Assembly: GCA_963664815.2 (NCBI GenBank)
Contig: CAXXHB010000002.1
Coordinates: 768,001-832,000 of the forward strand
Direction of reading: 5' to 3'
Length of the DNA stretch: 64,000 nt
Origin: Spirochaetota bacterium
Lineage (GTDB): Bacteria > Spirochaetota > UBA4802 > UBA5550
The translations under genes and the position numbers were made by a program. This document shows positions 49,766-60,118 of this stretch, in pieces. A model generated the notes under the pieces. That model was given only the letters and a program-made list of their open reading frames with translations. It was not told the origin of the DNA and made no database searches. Every line of letters starts with the position of its first letter. The first letter of the stretch is position 1.

Positions 49766-50581
49766 TCAATGTGGAATGGATTTGATTTTAAACAGGTTTT
49801 TATCGTGGCTTAAAAGAGTAATATTACCCATTTTTGCAATATCAGAATATTTAGGCATTCTCCCAGTTTGAATAATTGTACTTCTCCTCCCTCCCAGCCA
49901 GTCTTCAATAAATGGAAGACTTCTGTGAGTCCAGTAAAATTGCTCGAAATATCTATCCTTAAAGACATTCCAGAATTCATCCGGCATATTTATCCAAAAT
50001 TTTTTATGATGTATCGTTTCATCTCCGGCAAGTATCACTTTACCTTCAGTTGTATTTACCTCAATAATCTGATGCCCCGGGCAGTGTCCTCCAGTATGAA
50101 TCATTCTGATTCCTGGTTTCAATTCATACGTTCCATCCACCAGGTTTATTCTTGGAAGGCAGTTTAGCCAATGATGGGGTGTATAACCGGTTTCATCATG
50201 AAATTCAAGGTTTAAAAGCTCAGTAAAGTCTGAGATCTGTATGTGAAAAACAGCATTAGTAAAATACTTCATACCGCCGGTATGATCCCAATGAATATGA
50301 GTCATAATTACATTTTGTATTTTTGATACGTCGTAGCCATGGTTTGCAATTGATTTTACTATTTCCTCATCGTCAGAACGGCTGCAGACCGAATCGAGTC
50401 CGAATAACTGGTTCTCATCAAAACCGGTGTCCACCACCACGGCATCACCCTCTTCATCAATAATCAGGAAAATGAAGCTGTGGATATTGAAATCGGCTGT
50501 TTTAACCTGTGGAAGTTCACTGAAAGGGCCAAAGTTTACTGTTAAATTACCATTATATATCGGAATTATTTTATGGAACAT
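49766..50581 (-). CDS. MBL-fold hydrolase (N-acyl homoserine lactonase-like family)
   Basis: VDTG, THIHWDHTGG, GGHCPGHQ, LAGD, SHD. Confidence 0.85.
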   Translation of the reverse strand: MFHKIIPIYNGNLTVNFGPFSELPQVKTADFNIHSFIFLIIDEEGDAVVVDTGFDENQLFGLDSVCSRSDDEEIVKSIANHGYDVSKIQNVIMTHIHWDHTGGMKYFTNAVFHIQISDFTELLNLEFHDETGYTPHHWLNCLPRINLVDGTYELKPGIRMIHTGGHCPGHQIIEVNTTEGKVILAGDETIHHKKFWINMPDEFWNVFKDRYFEQFYWTHRSLPFIEDWLGGRRSTIIQTGRMPKYSDIAKMGNITLLSHDKNLFKIKSIPH

Positions 50582-50976
50582 TTTTTTCTCGTTATTATTA
50601 AAAATTCAGTTAGTCACAATGGTTCAATTTTTTCATGAATTAAAAGGATATTGTCACTTATAAAGTCTGGAAAACTATACTCAATTACATGTTATTTATA
50701 TGATTAAGTCCAATCATTACTAAATTAATTGAAAATTTCAGAATGTTTTTTGTCAAGAATGATACATCCTTTTTTTAAGTGTACTGAAAATCAGACTATT
50801 TATTGAATTTTGTATGGATGAATTGCCCCTGGAAAACACTACGAAATAATGAAAGTATTTCTGAGAAAAAAGATAACTGTTCAGGCTATTTTTAAAGTAG
50901 AGATAAAAATTTTTCATTGATTTTTGTAAAGTGATGATAAAAGTTGAGGCATTAATATTTAATAAAGAGGAATTGT

Positions 50977-51762
50977 TTGAGCATTGCTTTTTTTGATTCG
51001 GGAATTGGTGGAATTACGGTCCTCCATGAGGCTCTTAAAATACTGCCGTCTGAGGATTTTATATATTTTGCCGATACTTTGAATACCCCATATGGAACAA
51101 AAACCCGTGAAGAAGTAAGAAGTCTTGTGTTTAATGCTGTTGATTTTATTGTATCACTTGATGTAAAAGCAGTAGTTATAGCATGTAATACTGCAACAAG
51201 TGTGGCTGTTGAAGACTTGCGTAAAAGATATTTAATTCCAATAATAGGTATGGAACCTGCTGTTAAACCTGCAGTGGAGAGAACTGGTGGAACGAATAAA
51301 CGGGTGCTTGTAACGGCTACTCCTCTTACTATTAAAGAAGAAAAGCTGAAAAACCTTATAGGCCGAGTGGACAATGAACATATTGTAGACCTCCTTCCTC
51401 TGCCTGGTCTTGTCAGTTATGCTGAGAGTTTTGAATTTCGGCACGAAATTGTGGCTGAGTATCTTCTTAATGAATTATCTTCATTTAATATGAATCTTTA
51501 TGGTACAATAGTTCTTGGATGTACTCATTTTCTTTTTTACAAGAATATAATAAAAAAAATAATACCTGAAGGAATAGATATAATTGATGGGAACACCGGT
51601 ACAATTAATCAGCTTAAAAAAGTACTATCAGGTAATGGAGAAACAAGAAAAGATAGAAGTGATATTAGATGGTACTGCTCTGGAAATCCAGTTAAAGATT
51701 TTAATAAATTAGCTGAGTTTGAACTTCTGTTGCTGATCCTTGATTCAGCAGAAAATATTTAA
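50977..51762 (+). CDS. murI: Glutamate racemase
   Basis: FDSGIGG, PYGTK, IACNTAT, LGCTHF. Confidence 0.95.
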   Translation: MSIAFFDSGIGGITVLHEALKILPSEDFIYFADTLNTPYGTKTREEVRSLVFNAVDFIVSLDVKAVVIACNTATSVAVEDLRKRYLIPIIGMEPAVKPAVERTGGTNKRVLVTATPLTIKEEKLKNLIGRVDNEHIVDLLPLPGLVSYAESFEFRHEIVAEYLLNELSSFNMNLYGTIVLGCTHFLFYKNIIKKIIPEGIDIIDGNTGTINQLKKVLSGNGETRKDRSDIRWYCSGNPVKDFNKLAEFELLLLILDSAENI

Positions 51763-51795
51763 TTAAAGTTTCATTTTAAAATAGTTAATATAACC

Positions 51796-51836
51796 ACCCT
51801 AATTGTGAAGATTTAAAATATCATCATGATTAGGGT
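51796..51836. terminator. Inverted repeat between convergent genes (possible bidirectional terminator)
   Basis: ACCCTAATTGTGA...TCATGATTAGGGT. Confidence 0.5.
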
Positions 51837-51862
51837 AGTATAATTATTAATGTAATTATATT

Positions 51863-52357
51863 TTATTTATTTTTAACGACAATTCTCATACTATCAAGTT
51901 TTACTTTAAATCCGCCGGAAACAGTTACATAACCTTTATACATATCAGAAACATCTGTAATTTTTGCCATGAACCAGTTATTTCCTAAGGCTTCATCCTT
52001 ATTTTCCGGAGCCCGATAGAGATCATCTGAAGACATATCGAATGCTATAACCTCTAATCCTATTTTAAGTTCTTCTTTTTTTGCAATTCTTGTCTTATAG
52101 TAAAACTTTGTCCAGATCTCTTCGCCATTTCTAACCGTAATAAATTCTGCTTCATTTTTTGACTGTATACTTGCTGGTGTTTTAAGCGTTGCAAGTGTTA
52201 CGTAAATCCAACCCTGTGTCAGTTTTTCCTTTGTAATAAAGTAGTGATCAGAATTGATGTAATGATCATCATCTTCGGCAAAAACTGGAGTTATTGAGAT
52301 TAATAATGATGAGAGAAAAGAGAGTATAAATGTACTGATAAAAATTTTTGTCTTCAT
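51863..52357 (-). CDS. Hypothetical exported protein
   Basis: GGAGG SD before ATG 52357; signal peptide ending VFA. Confidence 0.75.
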   Translation of the reverse strand: MKTKIFISTFILSFLSSLLISITPVFAEDDDHYINSDHYFITKEKLTQGWIYVTLATLKTPASIQSKNEAEFITVRNGEEIWTKFYYKTRIAKKEELKIGLEVIAFDMSSDDLYRAPENKDEALGNNWFMAKITDVSDMYKGYVTVSGGFKVKLDSMRIVVKNK

Positions 52358-52381
52358 TAAATCCTCCATGGATAATAATTA

Positions 52382-52408
52382 TAAAATACAGTAATAAATT
52401 ATCGATAT
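52382..52408 (+). promoter_or_regulatory. Sigma28-like promoter TAAA-N15-ATCGATAT
   Basis: Consensus spacing; upstream of comM/yifB; AT-rich context weakens the call. Confidence 0.35.
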
Positions 52409-52536
52409 TGAAATAAAATCAACTTTTATTTTTAAACATTAGAAACAAATTCCTGATGTATATAAACTCTGAAATTTTTTATTTTTTTTATCAATATAAA
52501 CGTATTAATAGAGATGAAAAGATGACTGGAGGTTAT

Positions 52537-54054
52537 ATGCTGTCAAAAGCAGTATCCCTTGCACTTCATGGTATAAGTGCTGTAAGAGTTGATATTGAAG
52601 TGGATATTGTAAAGGGACTACCTAATCTTACTATTGTGGGGCTTCCCGATTCAGTGATAAGAGAATCGAAGGATAGAATACGTTCTGCGGTAGAAAATTC
52701 AGGTTACGAATTTCCTCCTAAAAATTTTATTGTTAATCTTGCTCCTGCGGGTTTTAAAAAACAGGGTGCAAATTTTGATCTTCCGATAGCAATGACAATT
52801 CTTCAGTCCACAGGCCAGGTGGAATGTAAAATGGATAACATCCCGATGGTGGGGGAACTCTCTCTTGATGGAAGGGTAAAACCTGTCAGAGGAGTGATAT
52901 CAATGGCAATAGCCCTTTATCAGCTTGGCTATAGAAAGTTTATAATTCCATATAATAACAGATTCGAAGCAATGGCAATTGAAGGAATTGAAGTATATCC
53001 TGTAGAAAATATTAAAATGGTTATTGATGTATTTGAAGGAAAATTGTTACCATTCAAAGGAGAACTTAAGGTAAAGGAAAGAAATGATGATGCTGCTGAT
53101 TTTGAAGATGTAAAAGGTCAGGAAAGTGCAAGAAGAGGGATAGAGGTAGCTGCAGCAGGCAGGCATAATATTTTACTGTATGGTGCTCCTGGATCCGGTA
53201 AAACAATGCTTGCGAAGAGAATCCCTTCAATATTGCCTTTGCTGGAGTTGGAAAAAGCGATAGAAGTAACAATGATACATTCCGCATCTGGTGTACTTCC
53301 TGAGAGTGAAGGACTGATAAGAGTCCCTCCATTCAGATCACCTCATCATACTGCATCAGAAGCGGCAATTGTCGGTGGAGGAGTAAATCCTGGGGCAGGC
53401 GAGGTTTCGTTGGCGCAAAACGGAATTCTTTTTCTAGATGAGTTTGTCGAGTTTCAAAATAATGTTATCCAGTCTCTTCGTCAGCCGCTGGAAGACCGGA
53501 AAATTACTGTTGCAAGAGCATCAGGTACAGTAACATTTCCGGCAGATTTTATGCTTGTTGCAGCAAGTAATCCATGTCAGTGTGGCTATCTCTTTGATAA
53601 TGAAATTGAATGTACTTGCCCGGTGGCAAAGATAGGGAGGTATTATCATAAAATTGCCGGACCAGTTGTGGATAGAATAGATATTGAAGTTCTTGTAAAT
53701 CGTGTCTCGTATAAGGATTTACTTGATTTTGGCAGAAATGAATCATCTGAAAAGATTAAGGAGAGAGTAATCAAGGCGGTAGAGATTCAGAAAAAAAGGT
53801 TTAAAGATTCATCAGTATGTTTCAATTCGCGTATGGGTAACAGGGAGATTCGCCGTTTTTGCAAAATAAGCAATGATGATGAAATATTTTTTGAGAATGC
53901 TGTTAAAAAACTGCATATATCAGCCCGGACATTTTTTAAAATATTAAAAGTAAGTAGAACTATTGCTGACCTTGATAATTCTTATGAATTAAAACGAAAT
54001 CATCTGCTGGAGGCAATATCATACAAAAATATTTACAGGAATTATAATATGTAA
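52537..54054 (+). CDS. comM: YifB/ComM family Mg-chelatase-like AAA ATPase
   Basis: IVGLPD..IRESKDR, NLAPA, GELSLDG, GAPGSGKT, PFRSPHHT, NPCQCG. Start ATG 52537 (SD GGAGG). Confidence 0.92.
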   Translation: MLSKAVSLALHGISAVRVDIEVDIVKGLPNLTIVGLPDSVIRESKDRIRSAVENSGYEFPPKNFIVNLAPAGFKKQGANFDLPIAMTILQSTGQVECKMDNIPMVGELSLDGRVKPVRGVISMAIALYQLGYRKFIIPYNNRFEAMAIEGIEVYPVENIKMVIDVFEGKLLPFKGELKVKERNDDAADFEDVKGQESARRGIEVAAAGRHNILLYGAPGSGKTMLAKRIPSILPLLELEKAIEVTMIHSASGVLPESEGLIRVPPFRSPHHTASEAAIVGGGVNPGAGEVSLAQNGILFLDEFVEFQNNVIQSLRQPLEDRKITVARASGTVTFPADFMLVAASNPCQCGYLFDNEIECTCPVAKIGRYYHKIAGPVVDRIDIEVLVNRVSYKDLLDFGRNESSEKIKERVIKAVEIQKKRFKDSSVCFNSRMGNREIRRFCKISNDDEIFFENAVKKLHISARTFFKILKVSRTIADLDNSYELKRNHLLEAISYKNIYRNYNM

Positions 54055-54095
54055 TTTTATTGTGTTATATATATGATACAGGTGTATGTAATTGA

Positions 54096-54139
54096 AGCAT
54101 GTATGCTTATTTTAAATTTTAAATTTAAGCATACATGCT
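54096..54139. repeat. 14-bp inverted repeat whose arms are themselves palindromic
   Basis: AGCATGTATGCTTA-N16-TAAGCATACATGCT; each arm contains AGCAT-N2-ATGCT. Confidence 0.8.
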
Positions 54140-54318
54140 CATAAACGGAGTAGAATGTTATAGTATGTTTCCAAAAAATAGAAATTTATATACATTGAAT
54201 GCTCAATGATTAAATAATTAATACTATATTCTATAAAAAAAAACAGTTTCTGGCATTTATCTTGCGTAAATTATAAATACTATTGGAAATTGTTTTAATG
54301 TAAACACGGAGGAGAATA

Positions 54319-54519
54319 ATGAGAGGAAACATCATTACTTTTGGAGATCAGCAGTTTGATTTTAACCAATTCTGCGATAAAATTGAAAGATATGATATTG
54401 AGCTTACAAGGGGGGACCTGATTGGTATTCTTAATGAAACAAAAGAAAACAATCCGATTCTTATACCTGCAATTCTTAATGTAATTAAAAACAGGTACCA
54501 TATAAATCTTGCATTCTAA
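54319..54519 (+). CDS. Small hypothetical protein (66 aa)
   Basis: Strong SD GGAGGAG, its own terminator, globular-looking composition. Confidence 0.8.
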   Translation: MRGNIITFGDQQFDFNQFCDKIERYDIELTRGDLIGILNETKENNPILIPAILNVIKNRYHINLAF

Positions 54520-54543
54520 AAAAATTATAAGTTTGAAAAAATG

Positions 54544-54574
54544 AATCCGCCTTAGTATCAGGGCGGATTTTTTT
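54544..54574 (+). terminator. Rho-independent terminator
   Basis: AATCCGCC-loop-GGCGGATT followed by a T run. Confidence 0.85.
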
Positions 54575-54616
54575 ATTTGTAGAGATATTTTCTGAAACAG
54601 CAAAACGAATCACAGG

Positions 54617-54898
54617 CTATGTAATATTCTTGCTTATTCTTTTAACGTCGAATCCGTGTTCTATAAGGATTTCGTAGAGGCTTTCAATATGTTCACCCTT
54701 ATCACTATATTTATAAATAACAGAATCTTTGTATGACATAATGTCCACTTTGCGAACTACTATAACTTCAAGCAGATCTTCTCTGGTTTGTTCAGCACGT
54801 CTTTCTTTTACTTCGGAAAATGCAATTTTATTTATGTTTAATTTTTTAAGAGTATCAATAAATTCATCGAGTGTTTTAAATATTTTTTCTTTAGACAT
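54617..54898 (-). CDS. Hypothetical protein (93 aa)
   Basis: Starts 3 nt after the stop of the upstream gene; plausible composition. Confidence 0.7.
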   Translation of the reverse strand: MSKEKIFKTLDEFIDTLKKLNINKIAFSEVKERRAEQTREDLLEVIVVRKVDIMSYKDSVIYKYSDKGEHIESLYEILIEHGFDVKRISKNIT

Positions 54899-54901
54899 CA
54901 A

Positions 54902-55732
54902 TTATTTCCTTATAGTATTTTCAGGTTCAATATTTATTATATTATTAAAATAGTTAACAATATAGAACCGGTTATTTTTTTTGTTCTTCATTTTATCGTC
55001 AGCTAATGAACAACCCGCATTAATATATTTTATTGAATCTTTTGTTTTGGTTGTATATTCTTTTTCTGATCCGGAGAATACACCCTTAACATTATATTTA
55101 AGAAAAAGTTTGTGAAGGTTTTCATTTTTTTCCGGAAATTTCATCTTCTTTTTTTCCGGGAAGAGCTGATGATGTGTAAAAACGAATATGGCATTTGAGT
55201 CGCTGGATTCATCAAGATCATTTTTAAGCCATTTTAACTGTTCATCATCAATAAAAGAGTCTTCGGATTCTGATGAGCTAAGACAGATAAAATGCATTGA
55301 TCCATAATTGAAAGAATAGGATGCCTTTCTTCCGGAAAATTCAGAATAAAGAGCAATCGAGCCATTATAATAATCTTTTTCACCAGGTATTGTGTAAATT
55401 GCAGTGTGAAGTTTTTTCAGCATTGGGAAAAAGAAACTTAACTGTCGTTTGATGTCCGATTCAAGTATTCCGTTTACATCAGAGCCGCCGTAGATGGCAT
55501 TTCCTGTATGAATGATAATTTGCGGTTTTCTGTTTTCAATCTCTGTAATAAGAGACGGAAAATCCCTGGTAAATCCTGAAAAAGGAGAATCCGGGGATGT
55601 ATTTCCGAATATGGCAAACCGGACCGACTCGGTAACCGGTTTTGTCGAAGAGCATCCCAATATAAAAGCAAAAGGCAAAATGATAAATATTATTATCATC
55701 CTGAATATAAAACTGAAGTTTCTTTCTACCAC
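54902..55732 (-). CDS. Calcineurin-like metallophosphoesterase-fold lipoprotein with degenerate metal sites
   Basis: ILGC lipobox. Fold motifs are in order but altered: FGNTS, TGNAI, PGEKD, FTHH, SGSEK; YSFNYG and EQLKWL..DL are conserved. Confidence 0.78.
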   Translation of the reverse strand: MVERNFSFIFRMIIIFIILPFAFILGCSSTKPVTESVRFAIFGNTSPDSPFSGFTRDFPSLITEIENRKPQIIIHTGNAIYGGSDVNGILESDIKRQLSFFFPMLKKLHTAIYTIPGEKDYYNGSIALYSEFSGRKASYSFNYGSMHFICLSSSESEDSFIDDEQLKWLKNDLDESSDSNAIFVFTHHQLFPEKKKMKFPEKNENLHKLFLKYNVKGVFSGSEKEYTTKTKDSIKYINAGCSLADDKMKNKKNNRFYIVNYFNNIINIEPENTIRK

Positions 55733-55736
55733 CAGG

Positions 55737-56990
55737 TTATATCCTCAGAAAATCTGTAGGATATGATTTGCAGATCTCTCTTACTTCTTCTTGTGTTGAA
55801 GCAAGAATTTTATCATTATCAATATTGCTTATTATCTGGAGGATTAATTTTCCAATTCTCCTGAAGTCATCCTCTTTTAAGCCTCTTGTTGTAAGAGCAG
55901 GGCTTCCGAGTCTGATTCCGCTTGTAACAAATGGAGACTTGTCGTCAAATGGTACTCCATTTTTATTACATGTTATTCCAGCAGCGTCGAGTCTGTTTGC
56001 TGCATCTTTGCCTGTTACACCTTTGTTTCTGAGGTCAATCAGGATAAGGTGATTATCTGTTCCGCCGGATACAAGCTTTAATCCTCCTGAAAGAAGAACT
56101 TCTGCAAGTGCTGACGCGTTTTTTACAATCTGTTTTTGATAAACAGCAAACTCCGGCTGAAGGGCTTCTTTAAATGAAACGGCTTTTGACGCGATTGTAT
56201 GCATAAGAGGTCCACCCTGTGTTCCGGGAAACATAAATTTATTTATATTGGCTTCATACTCGGAATTCCCAAGTATTACACCCCCTCTTGGTCCGCGAAG
56301 TGTTTTATGGGTGGTGAAGGTTACAAAATCCGCAACATTAACAGGTGTTGGATGTACACCTGTTGCAACAAGTCCGGCGATGTGAGCTATATCAGCAAGA
56401 AGCTTTGCGCCCACACTGTCGGCGATTTCTTTGAACCTGTTGAAATCGATAATCCTCGGGTATGCAGATGCTCCAGCTATAATGAGCTTTGGCTTTGTTT
56501 CTTTTGCAAGTTTGTAAAGAGCATCATAATCAATCAGATTCGTATTTTCGGTAACCCCATAAGCCTTAACATTAAAATATTTTCCCGAGAAATTTACCGG
56601 CGAACCATGTGACAGGTGTCCGCCATGAGAAAGATTCATTCCGATATATGTATCTCCTGCATCTAAAAGAGACATCATAACAGCCATATTAGCCTGTGCA
56701 CCTGAATGAGGCTGAACATTTGCCGCCTGAGCGTTGAAAAGCTTTTTAATTCTTTCTATTGCTAGAGATTCAACCTCATCAGCATGTGTACAGCCATTGT
56801 AATATCTTTTTCCTGGATAACCCTCGGCGTATTTATTTGTCAGAGTTGACGATGAAGCTTCAAGGACTGCTTTAGACACATAATTCTCTGATGCTATCAT
56901 TATAAGGTTATCTTCCTGTCTTTTATCTTCGGCTTCAAGTATTTTGTAAAGATCAGGATCCGTCTTTTTCAGGTTGAGTTTATCTGACAT
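55737..56990 (-). CDS. glyA: Serine hydroxymethyltransferase
   Basis: [36 protein letters not shown]. Confidence 0.97.
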   Translation of the reverse strand: MSDKLNLKKTDPDLYKILEAEDKRQEDNLIMIASENYVSKAVLEASSSTLTNKYAEGYPGKRYYNGCTHADEVESLAIERIKKLFNAQAANVQPHSGAQANMAVMMSLLDAGDTYIGMNLSHGGHLSHGSPVNFSGKYFNVKAYGVTENTNLIDYDALYKLAKETKPKLIIAGASAYPRIIDFNRFKEIADSVGAKLLADIAHIAGLVATGVHPTPVNVADFVTFTTHKTLRGPRGGVILGNSEYEANINKFMFPGTQGGPLMHTIASKAVSFKEALQPEFAVYQKQIVKNASALAEVLLSGGLKLVSGGTDNHLILIDLRNKGVTGKDAANRLDAAGITCNKNGVPFDDKSPFVTSGIRLGSPALTTRGLKEDDFRRIGKLILQIISNIDNDKILASTQEEVREICKSYPTDFLRI

Positions 56991-57371
56991 TGTGCACCTC
57001 TTTTATTATGCAGTTTTATTTATTATAAGTAATTATTTCTTAATCTGCTATTTTGAAAGATATTTAATTTTCCTGCCACCATCAGTGGAGGGAATAATTC
57101 TTATTTATATAATAATGGATCTTTGCAAGAATTATTCTTGATTCATAAAGGTAATATAACTCAATGCATCAAATATATGTCAATTTAAAATTTTTGTTGA
57201 ATTACTGGATGAGCTTTGATTATTATTGAAATCTTGTTTTTTATATTGCTGAGAAGAGACTTAATATAAAATTAATAAGAGAGAATACTCCTGTTTGTTA
57301 TATGTGGTTATTTCAAATATTGCAGGATGTATATCTATAAATAGTAATTAAATAATTTTTTGGAGAATTTG

Positions 57372-58220
57372 ATGAAAGACGCTAAAATAAGGATATTAAT
57401 TTTTAAAATACTTCCTAAAAGTTTTATGTCAAAAATTTTTGGATATGTTTCACTTCTTCCACTTCCTCAGGGATTTATGAAAAAAACTATCACATGGTAT
57501 TGCCGGAAATATGGAGTAAATCTTTCTGAAGCGGAAGCACCTTTGACTGGTTATAAGAATCTTAATACTTTTTTTACAAGAAAGCTAAAACCCGATGCGA
57601 GAATTATTGATAAAGATACGGATTCTATAGTAGCGACAACTGATTCAAGGGTTGATCAGTACGGCGACATAGTAGATGATATTATATTTCAGGCAAAAGG
57701 AGTTGATTATTCGCTTCGTGAACTTATACCATCAGTAGAAGCGGAAAAATTCATTAACGGTAAATATATTACATTGTATCTGTCTCCGGGAGATTATCAT
57801 AGAATTCATTCCCCGGTGACAGGAGCTATTACAGGTTTTTTTAATATTCCGGGGAAATTGTATACTGTACAGGAATTCATGGTGAAAGGATTCAGAGGAT
57901 TATTTGCGGTTAATGAGAGACTCATTACTTATATTCAAACAAAAACCGGTACGGTTGCTGTCTGTAAAATAGGAGCCTTTAATGTCGGGAAAATATCGCT
58001 ATCTTATGATCTCTCTGTTACAAATAAATTTTTCAGAAGTAAAAACGAACATATATATAATAAAGACAAATGTCCTTCAGTAAAAAAAGGGGAAGAAATA
58101 GGAATTTTTAATCTTGGTTCAACCGTCATCATATTGTTTGAAAAGGGTATGATGGAATTTTCTAATTTAAAAGAAGGCCAGAAAGTAAAAATGGGTGAGA
58201 AAATAGGAATAATTCTTTAG
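57372..58220 (+). CDS. psd: Phosphatidylserine decarboxylase proenzyme
   Basis: FFTRKLK, YLSPGDYHRIHSP, NER, and the FNLGST autocleavage motif. Start ATG 57372 (SD GGAGA). Confidence 0.93.
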   Translation: MKDAKIRILIFKILPKSFMSKIFGYVSLLPLPQGFMKKTITWYCRKYGVNLSEAEAPLTGYKNLNTFFTRKLKPDARIIDKDTDSIVATTDSRVDQYGDIVDDIIFQAKGVDYSLRELIPSVEAEKFINGKYITLYLSPGDYHRIHSPVTGAITGFFNIPGKLYTVQEFMVKGFRGLFAVNERLITYIQTKTGTVAVCKIGAFNVGKISLSYDLSVTNKFFRSKNEHIYNKDKCPSVKKGEEIGIFNLGSTVIILFEKGMMEFSNLKEGQKVKMGEKIGIIL

Positions 58221-58412
58221 AGAAAATATTATATATTCTCGGTGTCTTTGGCAGCGAAAATTTAATATTATAAAAAGTTTAGATGTTATATTAGTAATAA
58301 GATAAAAAAATATTCCAGGTAAGATTTATGACTTGAATTTTTATGGAACAATATTAATTTTTAGTGTTATTTTCATTATCTTTAACTAATAAATAAAAAA
58401 TGGGGGATTTTT

Positions 58413-59138
58413 ATGGGATATCATCAGGCGATGCAAAAATATATAGATGGCCAGGTGAGGTATTGGAAAGAAAGAAAGGATGCAATAGAAAAAATTGAAT
58501 TCAAAGATCATGCGGAGAAAAAAAACAGTCCTTTCGTTACCTTGTCCAGGGAATATGGTGTAGGTGCATTTGAGCTTTCTGAGAAGATAGTACATCTTAT
58601 TAATGAAAAATACAAGCCAGTGCCGGAATGGGCTTCTTATGACAGAAAACTCCTTGAAAAAATAATGGATGACCTTGGTTTATCCAGGTCTTTAGCAGAA
58701 ACGCTAACAGACGGTGCCAGAAAAAAAATGACCGATCTCCTGCAGACTTCGTTTAGTTCATTTCCTCCACAGGTAGCAGTTTACAGAAGACTTGTGGAAA
58801 TAATCAGAACTCTTGCCGTAACCGGTAATGTTGTTCTTGTGGGAAGAGCAGGAAATATAATTACACGTGATATGGTGAAAGGATTTCATGTAAGAATTGT
58901 TGCTCCTATAAGTTACCGGGCGGATAAAATAAGCAAACGTATGAATGTATCACACAAAGATGCCGAGCAACTTATAATAGATAAAGACAGTAAAAGGGAT
59001 GGCTTTATTAAGGAGTTTGTAAAGTTTGATAATACGGATCCCAATAATTATCATATTGTTGTCAATATGGGCCATATGTCTGTAGATGAAGCTGCGGCAG
59101 TAGTTGTAGATTCTATGAAGGAATGCGGATATCTATAA
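58413..59138 (+). CDS. Cytidylate kinase-like family protein
   Basis: VTLSREYGVG, VVLVGRAG, HVRIVAP, D..R..FIK, YHIVVN. Confidence 0.85.
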   Translation: MGYHQAMQKYIDGQVRYWKERKDAIEKIEFKDHAEKKNSPFVTLSREYGVGAFELSEKIVHLINEKYKPVPEWASYDRKLLEKIMDDLGLSRSLAETLTDGARKKMTDLLQTSFSSFPPQVAVYRRLVEIIRTLAVTGNVVLVGRAGNIITRDMVKGFHVRIVAPISYRADKISKRMNVSHKDAEQLIIDKDSKRDGFIKEFVKFDNTDPNNYHIVVNMGHMSVDEAAAVVVDSMKECGYL

Positions 59139-59149
59139 TCCGGGTATAG

Positions 59150-59635
59150 ATGAATAAAGAGAGTATCCAGAGATTTGAACTGACGGATATTTTTTTACAG
59201 TATGATTACACAGCGTGTACATTATTGTGCAAAAATGCTGTTGATGGTAAAAATCTCTGGATAAGAAAAATTGAAGATGGTGGATTTATATTTAATATTC
59301 TTGAAAATAAGGATAAAGTCTTCATCTCAATAGAGACTGAAGGGAATTACGGGCAGTTTTTAGTTTTAAATAAAAGAGATGGTATAACAAGCTGGTTTAT
59401 TCCAGGTAAAGCATATATGTCCTGTCTTTATTGCGATTCTATTTATCTGATTTTCGCTGATAATAATAATGATTTTTTTCTTATTAAAACATCCACCGAA
59501 GATGGAAGTAAACTCTGGCATCATGCTGTGGAAGATCATCTTGCAGAATATGCAATAAATAACAATGCAGTAATACTTAAATATCTTGATGGGAGTACGG
59601 AAACTATAAGCAACAGCACGGGTCTCCCTTTATAA
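59150..59635 (+). CDS. Hypothetical protein with PQQ-like beta-propeller blades
   Basis: Repeated DGKNLW / DGITSW / DGSKLW motifs. Confidence 0.65.
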   Translation: MNKESIQRFELTDIFLQYDYTACTLLCKNAVDGKNLWIRKIEDGGFIFNILENKDKVFISIETEGNYGQFLVLNKRDGITSWFIPGKAYMSCLYCDSIYLIFADNNNDFFLIKTSTEDGSKLWHHAVEDHLAEYAINNNAVILKYLDGSTETISNSTGLPL

Positions 59636-59651
59636 TGGTGATGGAGATTCT

Positions 59652-60104
59652 ATGATTAATAGTAAAATAGAAGATGCTACTAAATGCCTTTCGCTTGCAA
59701 GGCTGCTTAACAACTATAAACCTCCATTCAGAGTGATCGGTGAGTATAAGCTCATAGATAATGGATTAGCTCCGGAAGCAACAGTTCATATTGAAGCAGA
59801 TAATCACATTATACATGAAGCCTCTAATGGAAACGGACCTGTTGATGCTCTTGCTAATGTTCTCAGAAAAGCTCTTGCCCCCCTTTTTCCTGAAATTGTA
59901 AAAGTCAAGCTTGCCGATTATGAGGCAAAAATTCTTGATGCAAGGAGCGGAACAAGTACGGAAGTGGAGGTTTCAATAATATTTACCGATGGAGAAAACA
60001 TATGGAAAGTATACTCCATGTCTGAAAATATCAATAAGGCTTCATTTTGTGTGCTTATTGACGGGTTTGAATATGCGATTATGAGAGAACGGGGAGTAAT
60101 CTGA
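59652..60104 (+). CDS. Stand-alone LeuA allosteric (dimerisation) domain protein
   Basis: EATV...GNGPVDALAN.LRKAL, VKLADY..KIL, SENINKAS..LIDGFEY; no TIM-barrel. Confidence 0.85.
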   Translation: MINSKIEDATKCLSLARLLNNYKPPFRVIGEYKLIDNGLAPEATVHIEADNHIIHEASNGNGPVDALANVLRKALAPLFPEIVKVKLADYEAKILDARSGTSTEVEVSIIFTDGENIWKVYSMSENINKASFCVLIDGFEYAIMRERGVI

Positions 60105-60118
60105 CAGAATAAAAATTT

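Noticed and set aside
57070-57094. Hairpin upstream of glyA as a ZTP, glycine or THF riboswitch
   Set aside because: Single small imperfect stem without the conserved aptamer motifs.
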